A DNA stretch of 63,951 nt, filler included, from Planctomycetota bacterium (GTDB lineage: Bacteria > Planctomycetota > Planctomycetia > JALXBF01), in assembly GCA_026991575.1 (NCBI GenBank). It is 4 parts of 4 records of this genome, joined end to end, with 100 filler letters (N's around TTAATTAATTAA, not from the genome) between each part and the next. Parts side by side here need not be neighbours in the genome. Positions count along the whole stretch, not along the records: positions 1 to 20,199 come from JALXBF010000075.1; 3 more parts are not named here. One strand, 5' to 3'. The translations under genes were made by a program, and so were the position numbers. Below are positions 10,195 to 20,098 of this stretch, piece after piece. Under the pieces are notes generated by a model. It did not search any database, was not told where the DNA came from, and saw only the letters and a program-made list of their open reading frames with translations. Numbering within the stretch: the stretch's first letter is position 1; each line of letters begins with the position of its first letter.

Positions 10195-11328
10195 ATGGGA
10201 ACAACCGAAGCCAGAACCAGATCAGAAAATGTCGGCCGCCTGGCGCTCGCTGGCCTATTGTTCGGCGTGGCGGTCACCGTCGGCTTACGGCTACTACGAC
10301 CGGCCTCAGTTCCTCTTAGCTCCTTCGTTCGCCACGAGCCTCTGCAAACCGCTGTGGCCGACCGGGATGGGAAGACTTTCTGGAGTTCCATGGACGTGGT
10401 CCGCACCATCGTGGTTAAGTCCGGAGAAGACACCACGTTGTCGCTATCCGATCTTCGTGCCGTGGTGCGTGGCAAAGCGGTACGCGCGGAACCACGGTCG
10501 GGACTCGTGGCAAAAGGCAGGCCGTTGCTCCTACGCATTCACCTGGATTTCGTCCTCCCGACGGACTGCCTTCCCGAGCAGCGCGCAACGTGTTGGATCA
10601 GCGCACGCACTGATGCGGGTATTCGCGAGGTTGGGAAGCTGGTGTGGACGGTGCGGCATGCGGTATGCGCTGAGCGAAGGGATCTTGACTTTGGCGTTGT
10701 GGACGCGGCCAACCCCAGCGCGCTTTCCTGCACCTTCCGGGCACTCGCCCCCCTGGACTGGCTTCGGCTGGATTTCGGGGATGAGATATTCAAGGCCACT
10801 CCCTCAGAGCACGCCCCAGTGGGCGCCGGGCAAAGGGTTCAGTTCGCGGTCACGATTGCCGATCGCCGGTGGCGCGGCGAACTGTACACAGAGGGACGAC
10901 TTGTGGCAAAAGTTCAAAACGGCCCGACTGTGCAGTTCGCTGTACCGGCGAAAGCCGTCATTCCCGGGATCAGTCGGATCACCCCGCCGGTGGTGTTCTT
11001 CGGCCCGTGTACACAGGGAGCAACAGAGACGATCACGGTTACAGTGCCCGAGGGTACGTCGCTGGAAAGAGTAACCGTCAAGTGCCATTCTCGAACAATC
11101 GCCCTCTCCTCCGTGGAACGGCTGACCAACCAGGCGTTTCGCGTTGTTCTGGTCTTGAACGGGACGGAGCCCGGCGCCTTCGAGGAGACAGTCGAGCTGC
11201 GTGTTGATACGTCCGCCGGAACGGAGCGTTGGCGGGTGAAGGCTCACGGCACATTGTTGGTGCCCCAGACGAAGCCACACTCGGACGTGCGGGAAGAAAG
11301 TGCCACAGCCAGCTCTAACCTGCGGTAG
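10195..11328 (+). CDS. Membrane-anchored multi-Ig-fold protein, DUF1573-like
   Basis: N-terminal TM; three beta-rich repeats with LDFGVV and PPVVFFGP motifs and a GAFEETVELRVD end, as in DUF1573-type Ig repeats. Confidence 0.6.
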   Translation: MGTTEARTRSENVGRLALAGLLFGVAVTVGLRLLRPASVPLSSFVRHEPLQTAVADRDGKTFWSSMDVVRTIVVKSGEDTTLSLSDLRAVVRGKAVRAEPRSGLVAKGRPLLLRIHLDFVLPTDCLPEQRATCWISARTDAGIREVGKLVWTVRHAVCAERRDLDFGVVDAANPSALSCTFRALAPLDWLRLDFGDEIFKATPSEHAPVGAGQRVQFAVTIADRRWRGELYTEGRLVAKVQNGPTVQFAVPAKAVIPGISRITPPVVFFGPCTQGATETITVTVPEGTSLERVTVKCHSRTIALSSVERLTNQAFRVVLVLNGTEPGAFEETVELRVDTSAGTERWRVKAHGTLLVPQTKPHSDVREESATASSNLR

Positions 11329-11619
11329 GATTTGGTCCTGGGCTTGCTGGGCAGTTTTCAAGTGCACGGATCACCAAGTACCATGACGGTCGGTCCGTTC
11401 GGAACCGCGTGCCCAGGTGCTGCACGAGCTTTCACCTTGCCGGGCTGTTCTGGGTTCTGTCGGGGGTTCGTGCCGTGTTGTCGGAGCCTCCGCGGGAGCA
11501 GGAGTGGCTAACGGGCGAAGTTGCGAGCGCACCCTGGCGTGCTCTGTGGACGCCTCTTGCGGGACCAGCGCGATGCGGCTCGCGACGTGCGTGAAGTTTC
11601 CAAGACCGGAGGATTGGTG

Positions 11620-12720
11620 ATGTACTCGGCGTCGATCTGGATTGGGTTCTTGCTCACCGTCGCGGAACAAGTCGAGCCGGCGACACAGCCTCGCAGCGAG
11701 GCGCAACTGGTGCAGAAGATTATCGAGGCCTGGCAGCGGCAGGGAGCTGCGGTGCGAAACATCAGGGTCCGCCTGGAATGGACCAGCGAAGATCGGGACC
11801 CGGGCGGAGATGAGCAGCTGCGCAAGGGAGAGGCGGAGGTGGCTATTCGCTATCCATATGTTCTTGTCCGCAACGTGGAACATGAGCACAGTGGCGGCGG
11901 ACTGACCGAGACCATCGTCTTCGATGGCACTCGGCCTCACAGGCTGCTGCGCTATAGGCTGGAACGATATGTCCGGGACGGCGTCGTACTTGAGCTGTAT
12001 CCTCCATTGGAGCAGCTACGGAAAGCAGGCCACACTCTCTACCCATTCGCGGCATCGCGAGTGATGGCAGCGTTGTTGATCGGACCCGAGTTCGATCGGT
12101 TTGCGTGGTCGTGGCGCGGTGTAGCCACGACGGCTCTGTTGAGCGCGGTACGTGAGCAGTGGGAAGGTGAGCCAGCGATCAAAGTCAGCTATCGGCGGGA
12201 CGAGCGGCTACCGGAGAGCTATGTGTGGGTATCGGAGGAGGAGCCCTACCGAATCCTGGCGATCATGACTCGTGGGCGGTCGGGCAACGAGCCCGTCGTC
12301 CTGGGAGTTACGACGTACAAGTGGGACAGTTCAAAGCAATGGCCCGATGGCCTCATTGGTTTTGAGGACAAAGGTACGTTCTCGCTAACTACGGGAACCG
12401 TCCGGGAGATCGCACTCGGCGTGGTCGGCGCAGACGACGTACAGCCACCGGCAAGCCCTGAACCAGGCACCGTGGTCCGCGAGCACGGCGACGACTACAC
12501 GGTGAAGAACGAAGAGCTGGTGCTACCCAACGGTGAGCGCATCCCAGTCGATATGCTGCCACCTGGCTTCCTCGCGCGATATCACCAGGGTCAGGCGGAA
12601 CTGACCGATCTGGTGCGAGAGCCTGGGATCAGGTCGCTGATCGCGGTGGGGCTGGCCGCTGCCGTGGCTGCGGCGAGCTTATTTGCCGTGTTCTGGTGGC
12701 GCCGTCGCGCTCGGGCATGA
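11620..12720 (+). CDS. Exported protein with C-terminal TM anchor (LolA/RseB-like beta fold suspected)
   Basis: GGAGG RBS at 11608; N-terminal hydrophobic signal; IVFDG, EGEPAIKV, YVWV and PEPGTVVRE segments; C-terminal TM + WWRRRARA. Confidence 0.6.
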   Translation: MYSASIWIGFLLTVAEQVEPATQPRSEAQLVQKIIEAWQRQGAAVRNIRVRLEWTSEDRDPGGDEQLRKGEAEVAIRYPYVLVRNVEHEHSGGGLTETIVFDGTRPHRLLRYRLERYVRDGVVLELYPPLEQLRKAGHTLYPFAASRVMAALLIGPEFDRFAWSWRGVATTALLSAVREQWEGEPAIKVSYRRDERLPESYVWVSEEEPYRILAIMTRGRSGNEPVVLGVTTYKWDSSKQWPDGLIGFEDKGTFSLTTGTVREIALGVVGADDVQPPASPEPGTVVREHGDDYTVKNEELVLPNGERIPVDMLPPGFLARYHQGQAELTDLVREPGIRSLIAVGLAAAVAAASLFAVFWWRRRARA

Positions 12721-12990
12721 GCGGGGCTGGGGCGCCTCGGCCTGCAGGGCCATGCTCGAGCGGCTTCGTGCGGCGGCCTCAGCGGGGCATCCCCCGCTGA
12801 GACACGTATTGGCCAGAGCCTGCAGTTGCGGGCGATCCTCGTATCGGGCTGGCAAACCAGCTGGACGACATCGATCGGCACAGCACCAGCGCATACCGCC
12901 GGCCACGAGACTGCCAGAGGACACGGCTCTGGCGGATGATGGTCCGCTTGTGGCCGAGGCTCACCGCCATGGGCAAATAGGACCAGCCCC

Positions 12991-15033
12991 ATGACCGACA
13001 GCCCACGGTCATCCGACATAAGCTATCGGGTAGGCAGCGATCCAAAGGTTCGCGTCGGGCGCGGCCGGCCGCACTACGTGTGGTGCGTCCTCTCGTTGTA
13101 CGGCATCCACGTGTGCCTGGCCGGCTACTGGGGCTGGACGCACGCGGCCAACTCCAACGAGTGGGCACACCTGGCAGCCGGCGTGGCTTACGTCAGCTCA
13201 GGCACCCTCCACCTGTACCACGTCAACCCGCCGCTGACCCGGTATGTGATCGGCATGGTCGCCCGACAATGCGACATTCGGTTGCCAGTCCCAGCCTCGT
13301 ACGCCCAGGTTGAACTAGTGGAACGAAACGGCGAGCCTCGTCCAGAGCGGCCTGAATTTGCTCTCGGGCGGCGAGTGCGTGATGCCTACGGCGAGCGCGC
13401 CTGGTTGGCCCTACGGCTTGCGCGGCTCGCGCTCGTTCCGCTGGCTGCGAGTGGCATCCTGGCGATTTACTTCTGGAGCAGCACTCTGCTTGGGAGGCCA
13501 GCCGGGTTTCTCGCAGCCTTGTTTTGGGCGCTATCGCCTACCGCAATCGCCTGGTCAGCAGCGCTCAACCCCGACGCGTGTGGAGCGGCCGCGTTAAGCT
13601 GGGTGGGAGCCGCGCTTGCGGCATATCTGAAACTGCCTCGGTGGCAACAAGCAGCCGCGCTGGGAGCCGTGTTTGGATTGGCCGTGGCTACAAAGTTCAC
13701 GGCGATCGCAGCCCTCCCGTGGACCATCGTAACCCTGGCGGCAGCCGCAGCGCTGCGCACGCGCGGATCACTGTGGTCTCGAGCTCTGTGTGCCGCCGCG
13801 CGTATGTTTGTCTTCTTGTTTGCCGCGTACGTAAGCATCCTTGCAGCATACGCCAGCCTGCCGAATATCCAGAGGCTCGCCTCGTACGAATTCGTCTCGC
13901 AACGCCTTACCGCCCTCGCACAATCTCCACTCGGTCAACTGCCCGCCCTCGTACCGGAGCCGATGCTATTGGGCCTCGACGTCCAGCAGGAAGATCTTGA
14001 ACATCGGCGGCCGATCTACGTGGCGGGACGGGAACATGCTGGCCCGGTGCGGTGGTTCTATCTGTACGCGTGGGCAGTGAAAGAGCCGCCCGCTGCTGTG
14101 GTCGCTGCTGTCTTGGGCGCGGTGACCCTGATCATGCAACTGGTCTGCCGAGATCGCCAGTCAGCAGTGCGCTTCGCGGCCACACTTGGGGTGCCAGCCA
14201 GTGTGTGGGTTGCTGTCAGCCTGTGGGGGGAGTTTACCGTCTTCTACCGGTATGTGTTGCCTGGCCTGCCATTGGCATGGCTCCTTGGGGCACACGCACT
14301 GTATGCTCTCGGTCGTGTGCGCCGGTCCGTTGGGGTGTTCGTGGCCTCGCTCTGCGTAGGCAGCACAGCGGCATCGGTTGCTCTCGCAACACCGCATTGG
14401 GCGTGCTACTTCAGTGAATTCGTCGGCGGTACGGAGGGCGGTGCTGCGCACCTGGGTGGGTGGGCATTGGACTGGGGCCAGGACGTACTGTGGCTTATCC
14501 GCTGGGCACGCCGCCATCCGGAAGCGCGGCCCGTTCGGTTGTGGACTGTCTCGGATGATCCCCTCGCCGTTTACGGGGCCGACGAGTCAGACGGCATCGT
14601 GAAGCTTCCTCGAGTAGGTCCGGATCGTCTCGAGCCAGGATGGCTTGCGGTAAGTCTCGGTGCGCTGCACCTTGCAGATCGTAGCCCCGTCATAAGACTA
14701 CTTGGTGACCGCCCTCCGGATGTACGTCTGGGCAACATCTGGCTCTGGCACATTGAGGACAGCTGCGTACGTTCGTCCCCTTCTGGGCCGAAAGATCGTC
14801 CTACGGCCGTTCGAAGGCGCCCAGGTCGGGCCGGCCACGCAAGCGGCGCGGCTCGTACGATGCCGACGGCACGTATTGATAGCGCGTACGAGCACTCAAC
14901 GGGCGTCCACCGCGACCATACACCAACCGATCCCCCGGAAACGACGGCCACGGGATCGTGCGCCACGGCAGGCCCTTGTTCACCAGGGGACTTTTCGGGA
15001 CCAGACGAAAGTCCCCGGTTCCCGGAGACCTAA
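12991..15033 (+). CDS. GT-C fold glycosyltransferase, family 39 (ArnT/PMT-like)
   Basis: NEWAHLAAG, YHVNPPL, LAVATKFTA, WFYLYAWAVKEP and LDWGQD motifs; many TM helices. Confidence 0.8.
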   Translation: MTDSPRSSDISYRVGSDPKVRVGRGRPHYVWCVLSLYGIHVCLAGYWGWTHAANSNEWAHLAAGVAYVSSGTLHLYHVNPPLTRYVIGMVARQCDIRLPVPASYAQVELVERNGEPRPERPEFALGRRVRDAYGERAWLALRLARLALVPLAASGILAIYFWSSTLLGRPAGFLAALFWALSPTAIAWSAALNPDACGAAALSWVGAALAAYLKLPRWQQAAALGAVFGLAVATKFTAIAALPWTIVTLAAAAALRTRGSLWSRALCAAARMFVFLFAAYVSILAAYASLPNIQRLASYEFVSQRLTALAQSPLGQLPALVPEPMLLGLDVQQEDLEHRRPIYVAGREHAGPVRWFYLYAWAVKEPPAAVVAAVLGAVTLIMQLVCRDRQSAVRFAATLGVPASVWVAVSLWGEFTVFYRYVLPGLPLAWLLGAHALYALGRVRRSVGVFVASLCVGSTAASVALATPHWACYFSEFVGGTEGGAAHLGGWALDWGQDVLWLIRWARRHPEARPVRLWTVSDDPLAVYGADESDGIVKLPRVGPDRLEPGWLAVSLGALHLADRSPVIRLLGDRPPDVRLGNIWLWHIEDSCVRSSPSGPKDRPTAVRRRPGRAGHASGAARTMPTARIDSAYEHSTGVHRDHTPTDPPETTATGSCATAGPCSPGDFSGPDESPRFPET

Positions 15034-16165
15034 ACCCAGGACCGGGAACGGAGTCTCCAACGTAGTTTTCCTCCAGGGCAGGCCAACGCCGCAGCCACCC
15101 CACCGCCCCGGCCACGAACCAGTTGCTCCGGACGACCACGTTCCCACCCAGTCTGGCGCCATCACGTGCGCGCACGACGGTCATGTTCCGTTGACCCGCT
15201 CCGCCATCCCACACAACGCTGTTCACCATGAACAAACCGCTTCCAGGAGCAGACAAGTCAACGACGGGAGAGATGTAAGGCGTCACGATCGTGTTGTGCA
15301 GCAGAAACAATTGGCCCGCGTGGTCGTGCCCACCGTCCTGTCCGAAGTGAATCACGGTGCGATTGCCCCTCAAGTTGCTTCGTTTCACGATGACATTGCC
15401 GAACAGGACGGCATGACTGCCAGGCCTGGTGGTGTAGTGACGGCTATCGACCAGATCAAACTCACGGTTGGCCGAATCGTGCACGAAGCAGGCTTCGACC
15501 CAGGTCACGTGCGCGCGGCTCTTGACGTTATGGCCTGCCGTGCTATCGTGGATCTCACAGCCGCGCACGATGACACTCGCTCCGCCCAGGTACAGGTTGT
15601 GACTGTAGCCCGGCCGGGCAGAACTGCCGTTAGCAAAAACAGCGCACCGCTCGATGAGCAGTCCCACGGCGCTGTCCAACGTTCCCGAGCCACTGGTCAT
15701 GATGCCCATATCGTTGTGGTGAATCGAGCAGTCCCGGACGACAACCCAACTGGCATCATGGATGCGCACACCTGCCCCGTTGTGGCTCCGGTTCCGTGCA
15801 CCGTACAACTCGAACCCCTCCAGCACACAGCCGTCGGCACCGCTGTAGAACTGGAAAATCGCCCTGGGAATCGCCCCGACACCGCTGTACTCGAACCCGG
15901 ACCCGTCGATGCGCACTCGGTTCTTTCCAGACGTGTGCACGGCGCGGAAGGTGATGCGTGGTTTCCTGACGTTGAGCGCGACTCGTCGGTACGGCTCACC
16001 ATCCGGCAGCGGGTACACGAGAATGATGTCGCCGGGGCGCGCAGCATCGTACGCCGCTTCGATCTTCTGGTAGCGCCGGCCGGGCCCGACCTCAAGTGTC
16101 GCGCCAAACAGCTCCACCGAGACCGCCGTCAGCAGGCCGAGAACCGTACATGCGTCTTTGAGCAT
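14801..16165 (-). CDS. Right-handed parallel beta-helix protein (pectin lyase-like), secreted
   Basis: Signal peptide; VGPGRRYQKIEAAYDAARPGD, SHNLYLG, GHNVKSRA; C-terminal PDLGAFE. Confidence 0.8.
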   Translation of the reverse strand: MLKDACTVLGLLTAVSVELFGATLEVGPGRRYQKIEAAYDAARPGDIILVYPLPDGEPYRRVALNVRKPRITFRAVHTSGKNRVRIDGSGFEYSGVGAIPRAIFQFYSGADGCVLEGFELYGARNRSHNGAGVRIHDASWVVVRDCSIHHNDMGIMTSGSGTLDSAVGLLIERCAVFANGSSARPGYSHNLYLGGASVIVRGCEIHDSTAGHNVKSRAHVTWVEACFVHDSANREFDLVDSRHYTTRPGSHAVLFGNVIVKRSNLRGNRTVIHFGQDGGHDHAGQLFLLHNTIVTPYISPVVDLSAPGSGLFMVNSVVWDGGAGQRNMTVVRARDGARLGGNVVVRSNWFVAGAVGWLRRWPALEENYVGDSVPGPGFRSPGTGDFRLVPKSPLVNKGLPWRTIPWPSFPGDRLVYGRGGRPLSARTRYQYVPSASYEPRRLRGRPDLGAFERP

Positions 16166-16445
16166 GGCATCGTCCTCTGAATCCGGCTTCGCTACGGTGC
16201 CACTCTAGCCTACCGGAGCTGGATTCCGCTTGGGTTAGGCTCCAAGGGCACGCTCGGGCGCTGCCGCTATGATGGACGGCAGCTGAATTCCTGCCCGGTG
16301 ACAGCTCGGCCGCACGGGGGGACCGGCCAGACGTCGGGCTGACCGATATGATCCGACGTACTGCCTTCGCTCAGAAGCTGGAACGCACCCCGCGCGGGCC
16401 GCGCCGGCCAGGTTTCGTTGTTCGCACCGACGGAGGATCACGCCC

Positions 16446-18782
16446 ATGGCCTGGCTCCCTACCGTTGTGTCCGCAACGGCCGCTGTGCTGTTGTGCGGAT
16501 CGACGCCCTCCCCCGGACCGCCGCTCGCACCCGGGCCTCGTCCCAATGTCGTCGCCCACCGGGGAGCTCGCACAGAACGCCCTGAATGCACGCTCGCCGC
16601 AATCCAACGCGCAATCGAGCTGCGAGCGGACGTTGTCGAGCTGGACGTGCGGATGAGCAAGGATGGTGTCCCGTTCCTGCTCCACGACGTTACCCTCGAT
16701 CGCACCACAAACGGCCGGGGCCAGGCCAGTGCGCGCACCATCCGAGAGTTGAAGCAACTCGACGCTGGCTCATGGTTCGGAACCGAATGGCGAGGCGAGC
16801 GGATTCCGACGTTGGCCGAAGCGCTGGAGTTGTGCCGTGATCGCATCGCAGTGCTCCTGGACCTAAAAGAGTCCGGTGACCGCTTCGCACGAGCAGTCGC
16901 CTCGGTTGTTCGAAAACACGGAGACCCAAATCAGGTCATCCTTGGCGTGCGCAGCCCGGAGCAGGCGAGACGGTTTCGAACGCTCCTGCCGCAGATCAGA
17001 CAACTCGGATTCGTCCCGTCCCCGCAGTTACTGCCGGCCTTCGCAGATGCCGGAATCCAGATCGTGCGACTCTGGCAAGACTGGCTGCATCAGCCCGACG
17101 GCCGGGCGGCTGTGGAGATGGTCCGCCGCTATCGTCTTCAGCTCATGATCAACGCCCGTGGATCCCGGCTCCAGGACCTGTTGCCCCTGTTGCGCTGGCG
17201 ACCTGACTTCGTACTGGTCGATGATGTGGCCGCTGCAAACCGATCGCTCGATGCCATCGATCGGGCACGTGCGCGGCTACAGCGACTGGACGAACTCATT
17301 CAAGACGTTTCTTCGGTAACCGTCGTCCCCTGGATCGCTCAGGCGGATGCCCCGACGTTTCTCAACCGAAACTACCGGATGCTGGAGCTGCCGGACGAAC
17401 TGGACGGCCTGCCACGGATCATGTTTGCGGGCGGTGAGGGTGCTGCCGTGAAGCTTAGGTTTCTGCAGCCAGCAATCGTTTTTGCGGTGTTCGAATACAA
17501 CGACACGGGGGCGTGGTCCTTTCCGGAAGGGCTCGGTCCGGCGGACTTCCGGTGGCGACCGTTCCGTCAGCGGGCCTACCGGGGCACCAGCAACGGAACA
17601 CTCGGCGGAAAGCCCCACTACGCCACCATCTGGTACCGCCGTTTTGAGCAAGGCGAACATCTCGAGCAATTGCCGCCCTGGTGGCTATGCCTGGCGATTG
17701 TGCCCGCCGACCACGGGAGCCGGATCATCGGCGAGCAGCGGTTGTCTGCCAGGGAGCGGGTCCGTCCTCTTCCCTTCCTCTATGAACAATGGGCAGAGCG
17801 GGCGGCAGCTTTGCGTATACCGAACCTGCGCACCCAGGCCGATTGGCGGCGGTGGCGCCGAGAGATGCGTGCCCGCTTTGTCAGGCGGTTCGTGTTCCCC
17901 CACCAAGGGGATATCCGCTTCTGGCAACCGCCGGGTGATCCACGGCGGGTTGGCTCGGTCGTTATCCACGAGATCTGGGCAGTGGACGGGGACCGCCGAC
18001 TGTTTCGGTTCTTCAAACTGGTGTCGGGGACAGGCACCGGCCCCAGGCCGACGATCGTTTGCTTCATGGGGCACGGGAAGGTACGACAGGTGCTGGAGGA
18101 CCGTGACAGTTATCAACAGGCCTGCGCGCTACGGTTTGCAGAACGTGGTTACGTCACCTTCGCCATGGAAAACGTTGGCATGGAGCCCGGACGTGACCGA
18201 CACCTGGAACTGGACAGGATCCTGCGACCGTTCGGCTACGGCTGGTACAGTCTGCTGTTTGCTCACCAGCGTATTGTTCTGGAGTACGTTTTTGCCGATC
18301 CGACGGTGGACCGTACGCGTGTTGGTGTGGCGGGTGTTTCCACGGGCGGTTTGCTGGCGTTGTCGGCCGCCGCGATGGACCCTCGGGTGCGCGCCGCGTC
18401 CGTGCATGGGATTTTCGGCAGCATACAGGTGTCCTTCATACGCGACCGCAGGCGACACTGCTCGTGCGGCGCTATTCCCGGCCTACTGCCGGAGTTCGAT
18501 TTGCCCATTCTGGCGCTGATGGTCGCGCCGCGAGCGCTGCACATCTCAAATGGTCTGCGAGACGGCTTCAGTCCGCACGAGGCACGCCGCTGTTTGCGGT
18601 TGCTCCAACCGGTGTACCGAAAGATGCGTTGGCCAGTTCCTGAGTTTACGACGCCGTCGATTGGCCATGCATTTGCATTCGACGAGAGCGCTGCATTCTT
18701 CGAGCGTGTCCTTGGCGGCCCCAACGGACGAACCGAACCCGAACGTAGTAGCGCGGGCAATGCCGCGAACAACAGCAAGTAG
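16446..18782 (+). CDS. Glycerophosphodiester phosphodiesterase + unknown domain + alpha/beta hydrolase fusion
   Basis: VAHRG, ELDVRMSKDG, LHDVTLDRTT and RIPTLAEAL (GDPD); DRTRVGVAGVSTGG nucleophile elbow; GHAF catalytic His region. Confidence 0.8.
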   Translation: MAWLPTVVSATAAVLLCGSTPSPGPPLAPGPRPNVVAHRGARTERPECTLAAIQRAIELRADVVELDVRMSKDGVPFLLHDVTLDRTTNGRGQASARTIRELKQLDAGSWFGTEWRGERIPTLAEALELCRDRIAVLLDLKESGDRFARAVASVVRKHGDPNQVILGVRSPEQARRFRTLLPQIRQLGFVPSPQLLPAFADAGIQIVRLWQDWLHQPDGRAAVEMVRRYRLQLMINARGSRLQDLLPLLRWRPDFVLVDDVAAANRSLDAIDRARARLQRLDELIQDVSSVTVVPWIAQADAPTFLNRNYRMLELPDELDGLPRIMFAGGEGAAVKLRFLQPAIVFAVFEYNDTGAWSFPEGLGPADFRWRPFRQRAYRGTSNGTLGGKPHYATIWYRRFEQGEHLEQLPPWWLCLAIVPADHGSRIIGEQRLSARERVRPLPFLYEQWAERAAALRIPNLRTQADWRRWRREMRARFVRRFVFPHQGDIRFWQPPGDPRRVGSVVIHEIWAVDGDRRLFRFFKLVSGTGTGPRPTIVCFMGHGKVRQVLEDRDSYQQACALRFAERGYVTFAMENVGMEPGRDRHLELDRILRPFGYGWYSLLFAHQRIVLEYVFADPTVDRTRVGVAGVSTGGLLALSAAAMDPRVRAASVHGIFGSIQVSFIRDRRRHCSCGAIPGLLPEFDLPILALMVAPRALHISNGLRDGFSPHEARRCLRLLQPVYRKMRWPVPEFTTPSIGHAFAFDESAAFFERVLGGPNGRTEPERSSAGNAANNSK

Positions 18783-18939
18783 CCAGCGGGCGTAGAAGAT
18801 CGGGTGCGCAACGGGACTCCAGGCCAGTTTCGGCCCGCGCACGCACACCGTGCAACCGTCGCTATCCGCCGTTGGCACAGGCCGCAACTCAGGGACGGTC
18901 ACACAGGAGAAGTCGGGCGTTCTCGCTCCCCGAGTGTCC

Positions 18940-19935
18940 CTAACGATCGTCCGCGTGCTGTGGTCTGTGCCCCAATCGGCGTCTTACCCACCATAAGAAC
19001 GCGGCCAGCAGGCATGCGAGCACGCCCACCCACAACCACGGCCCGCGTTCGGGAACTCTACGTGAAAGGTCTGGGGTGTCGATACCGAACGTGGCGAGAG
19101 TGAATTCCTCATCGCTGGGTGTCCTCTCAGGAAGGCGAAGATCGAATTCGCTTCGCCACCAGCCGTCCGGCTTGCCATCCCGTCCCTTCCAGCGCAGGTC
19201 CAGCACCTTCGGCACGGGAGCGGGCCGGAACGACTCGTCGTACACCATCGTCAGGACTGATGGTTCGCCGCTTACCCCCTTTCGACGCTCCTCCTGCCGG
19301 ACAATCGCCCAGTTCCACTCGGGATCGAGCCAGACGACCCCGTCTCGGCTCAGTACCGGATGCTCTGTCGAGTAGACGACCTTGACGACGTCTCTTCCCT
19401 CCAGTGTGGTCCACTCAACCGACTTGACGACTGCTGTCTCTGACCATAGAGAGCAGGCGAACTGCCAATCGAATCCAGGTTCCAGGAAGTAGCCTGGGGC
19501 TGTGTAGTAGGACACAATCCAGCAGGCATTCCGAACTGGTTCCCCTCCTGCCGTGTACCCGCTCACGTACCATTTGCCGTCGCCGGTTTGCGCGAGGCGA
19601 GCTCGAACATTGGGACCGTACAACAGCGCCCTGTGCGACGGTTGCGGCAGCTGTTCGTCTTCCCTGGTCTCAACCAGGTAGCCGTAGCGCCCGTTCTGTT
19701 TGATTTCGATGTCGACTTTTGTGTCCACGATCAGCTGTCCATCCTTCACAATCCCGCTGCGCTCGCGCACTGTGCCGCACAGCCGAGTCGCGGTTTCAAG
19801 GTACTCCTCCATGGCAGCCTTCACCGTTTGGGCCAGCGTCTTCGGATCCTCCAGGCGGCCCCGATCATCTGCAGCGGCCATGGCAGTGACACTGAGCAAA
19901 GTTGGGATGAATAACAAGAACGCGCACCGAGGCAT
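18940..19935 (-). CDS. Exported, C-terminally anchored protein; distant paralog of the 60557-63777 array
   Basis: Signal peptide from ATG 19935; shares TATRLCGTVRE, KQNGRYGY, LLYGP, DPEWxWAIVR, KPDGWWRSEFD, DEEFTLAxFGID and WLWxGxLAxLLAA with the array. Confidence 0.8.
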   Translation of the reverse strand: MPRCAFLLFIPTLLSVTAMAAADDRGRLEDPKTLAQTVKAAMEEYLETATRLCGTVRERSGIVKDGQLIVDTKVDIEIKQNGRYGYLVETREDEQLPQPSHRALLYGPNVRARLAQTGDGKWYVSGYTAGGEPVRNACWIVSYYTAPGYFLEPGFDWQFACSLWSETAVVKSVEWTTLEGRDVVKVVYSTEHPVLSRDGVVWLDPEWNWAIVRQEERRKGVSGEPSVLTMVYDESFRPAPVPKVLDLRWKGRDGKPDGWWRSEFDLRLPERTPSDEEFTLATFGIDTPDLSRRVPERGPWLWVGVLACLLAAFLWWVRRRLGHRPQHADDR

Positions 19936-20048
19936 CGCGCTGTCCCACGAATGACCGCCGGACATCAGTGCCGTTTCAACTAGAGAAGTTTCCCTCGCGG
20001 GGCGGGGCAGCGGGCAACCGCGCTTGCGGGACACGGAGGTTATGACGT

Positions 20049-20098
20049 AAAAAGGAGCCTCCACAGTGGGTTTCAAAGGGAGAAAACGTGGAGGCTCC
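20049..20098 (-). terminator. Intrinsic terminator / attenuator hairpin upstream of the 19935 gene
   Basis: Perfect 11-bp inverted repeat GGAGCCTCCAC (20054-64) / GTGGAGGCTCC (20088-98), followed by T5 on the minus strand. Confidence 0.55.
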
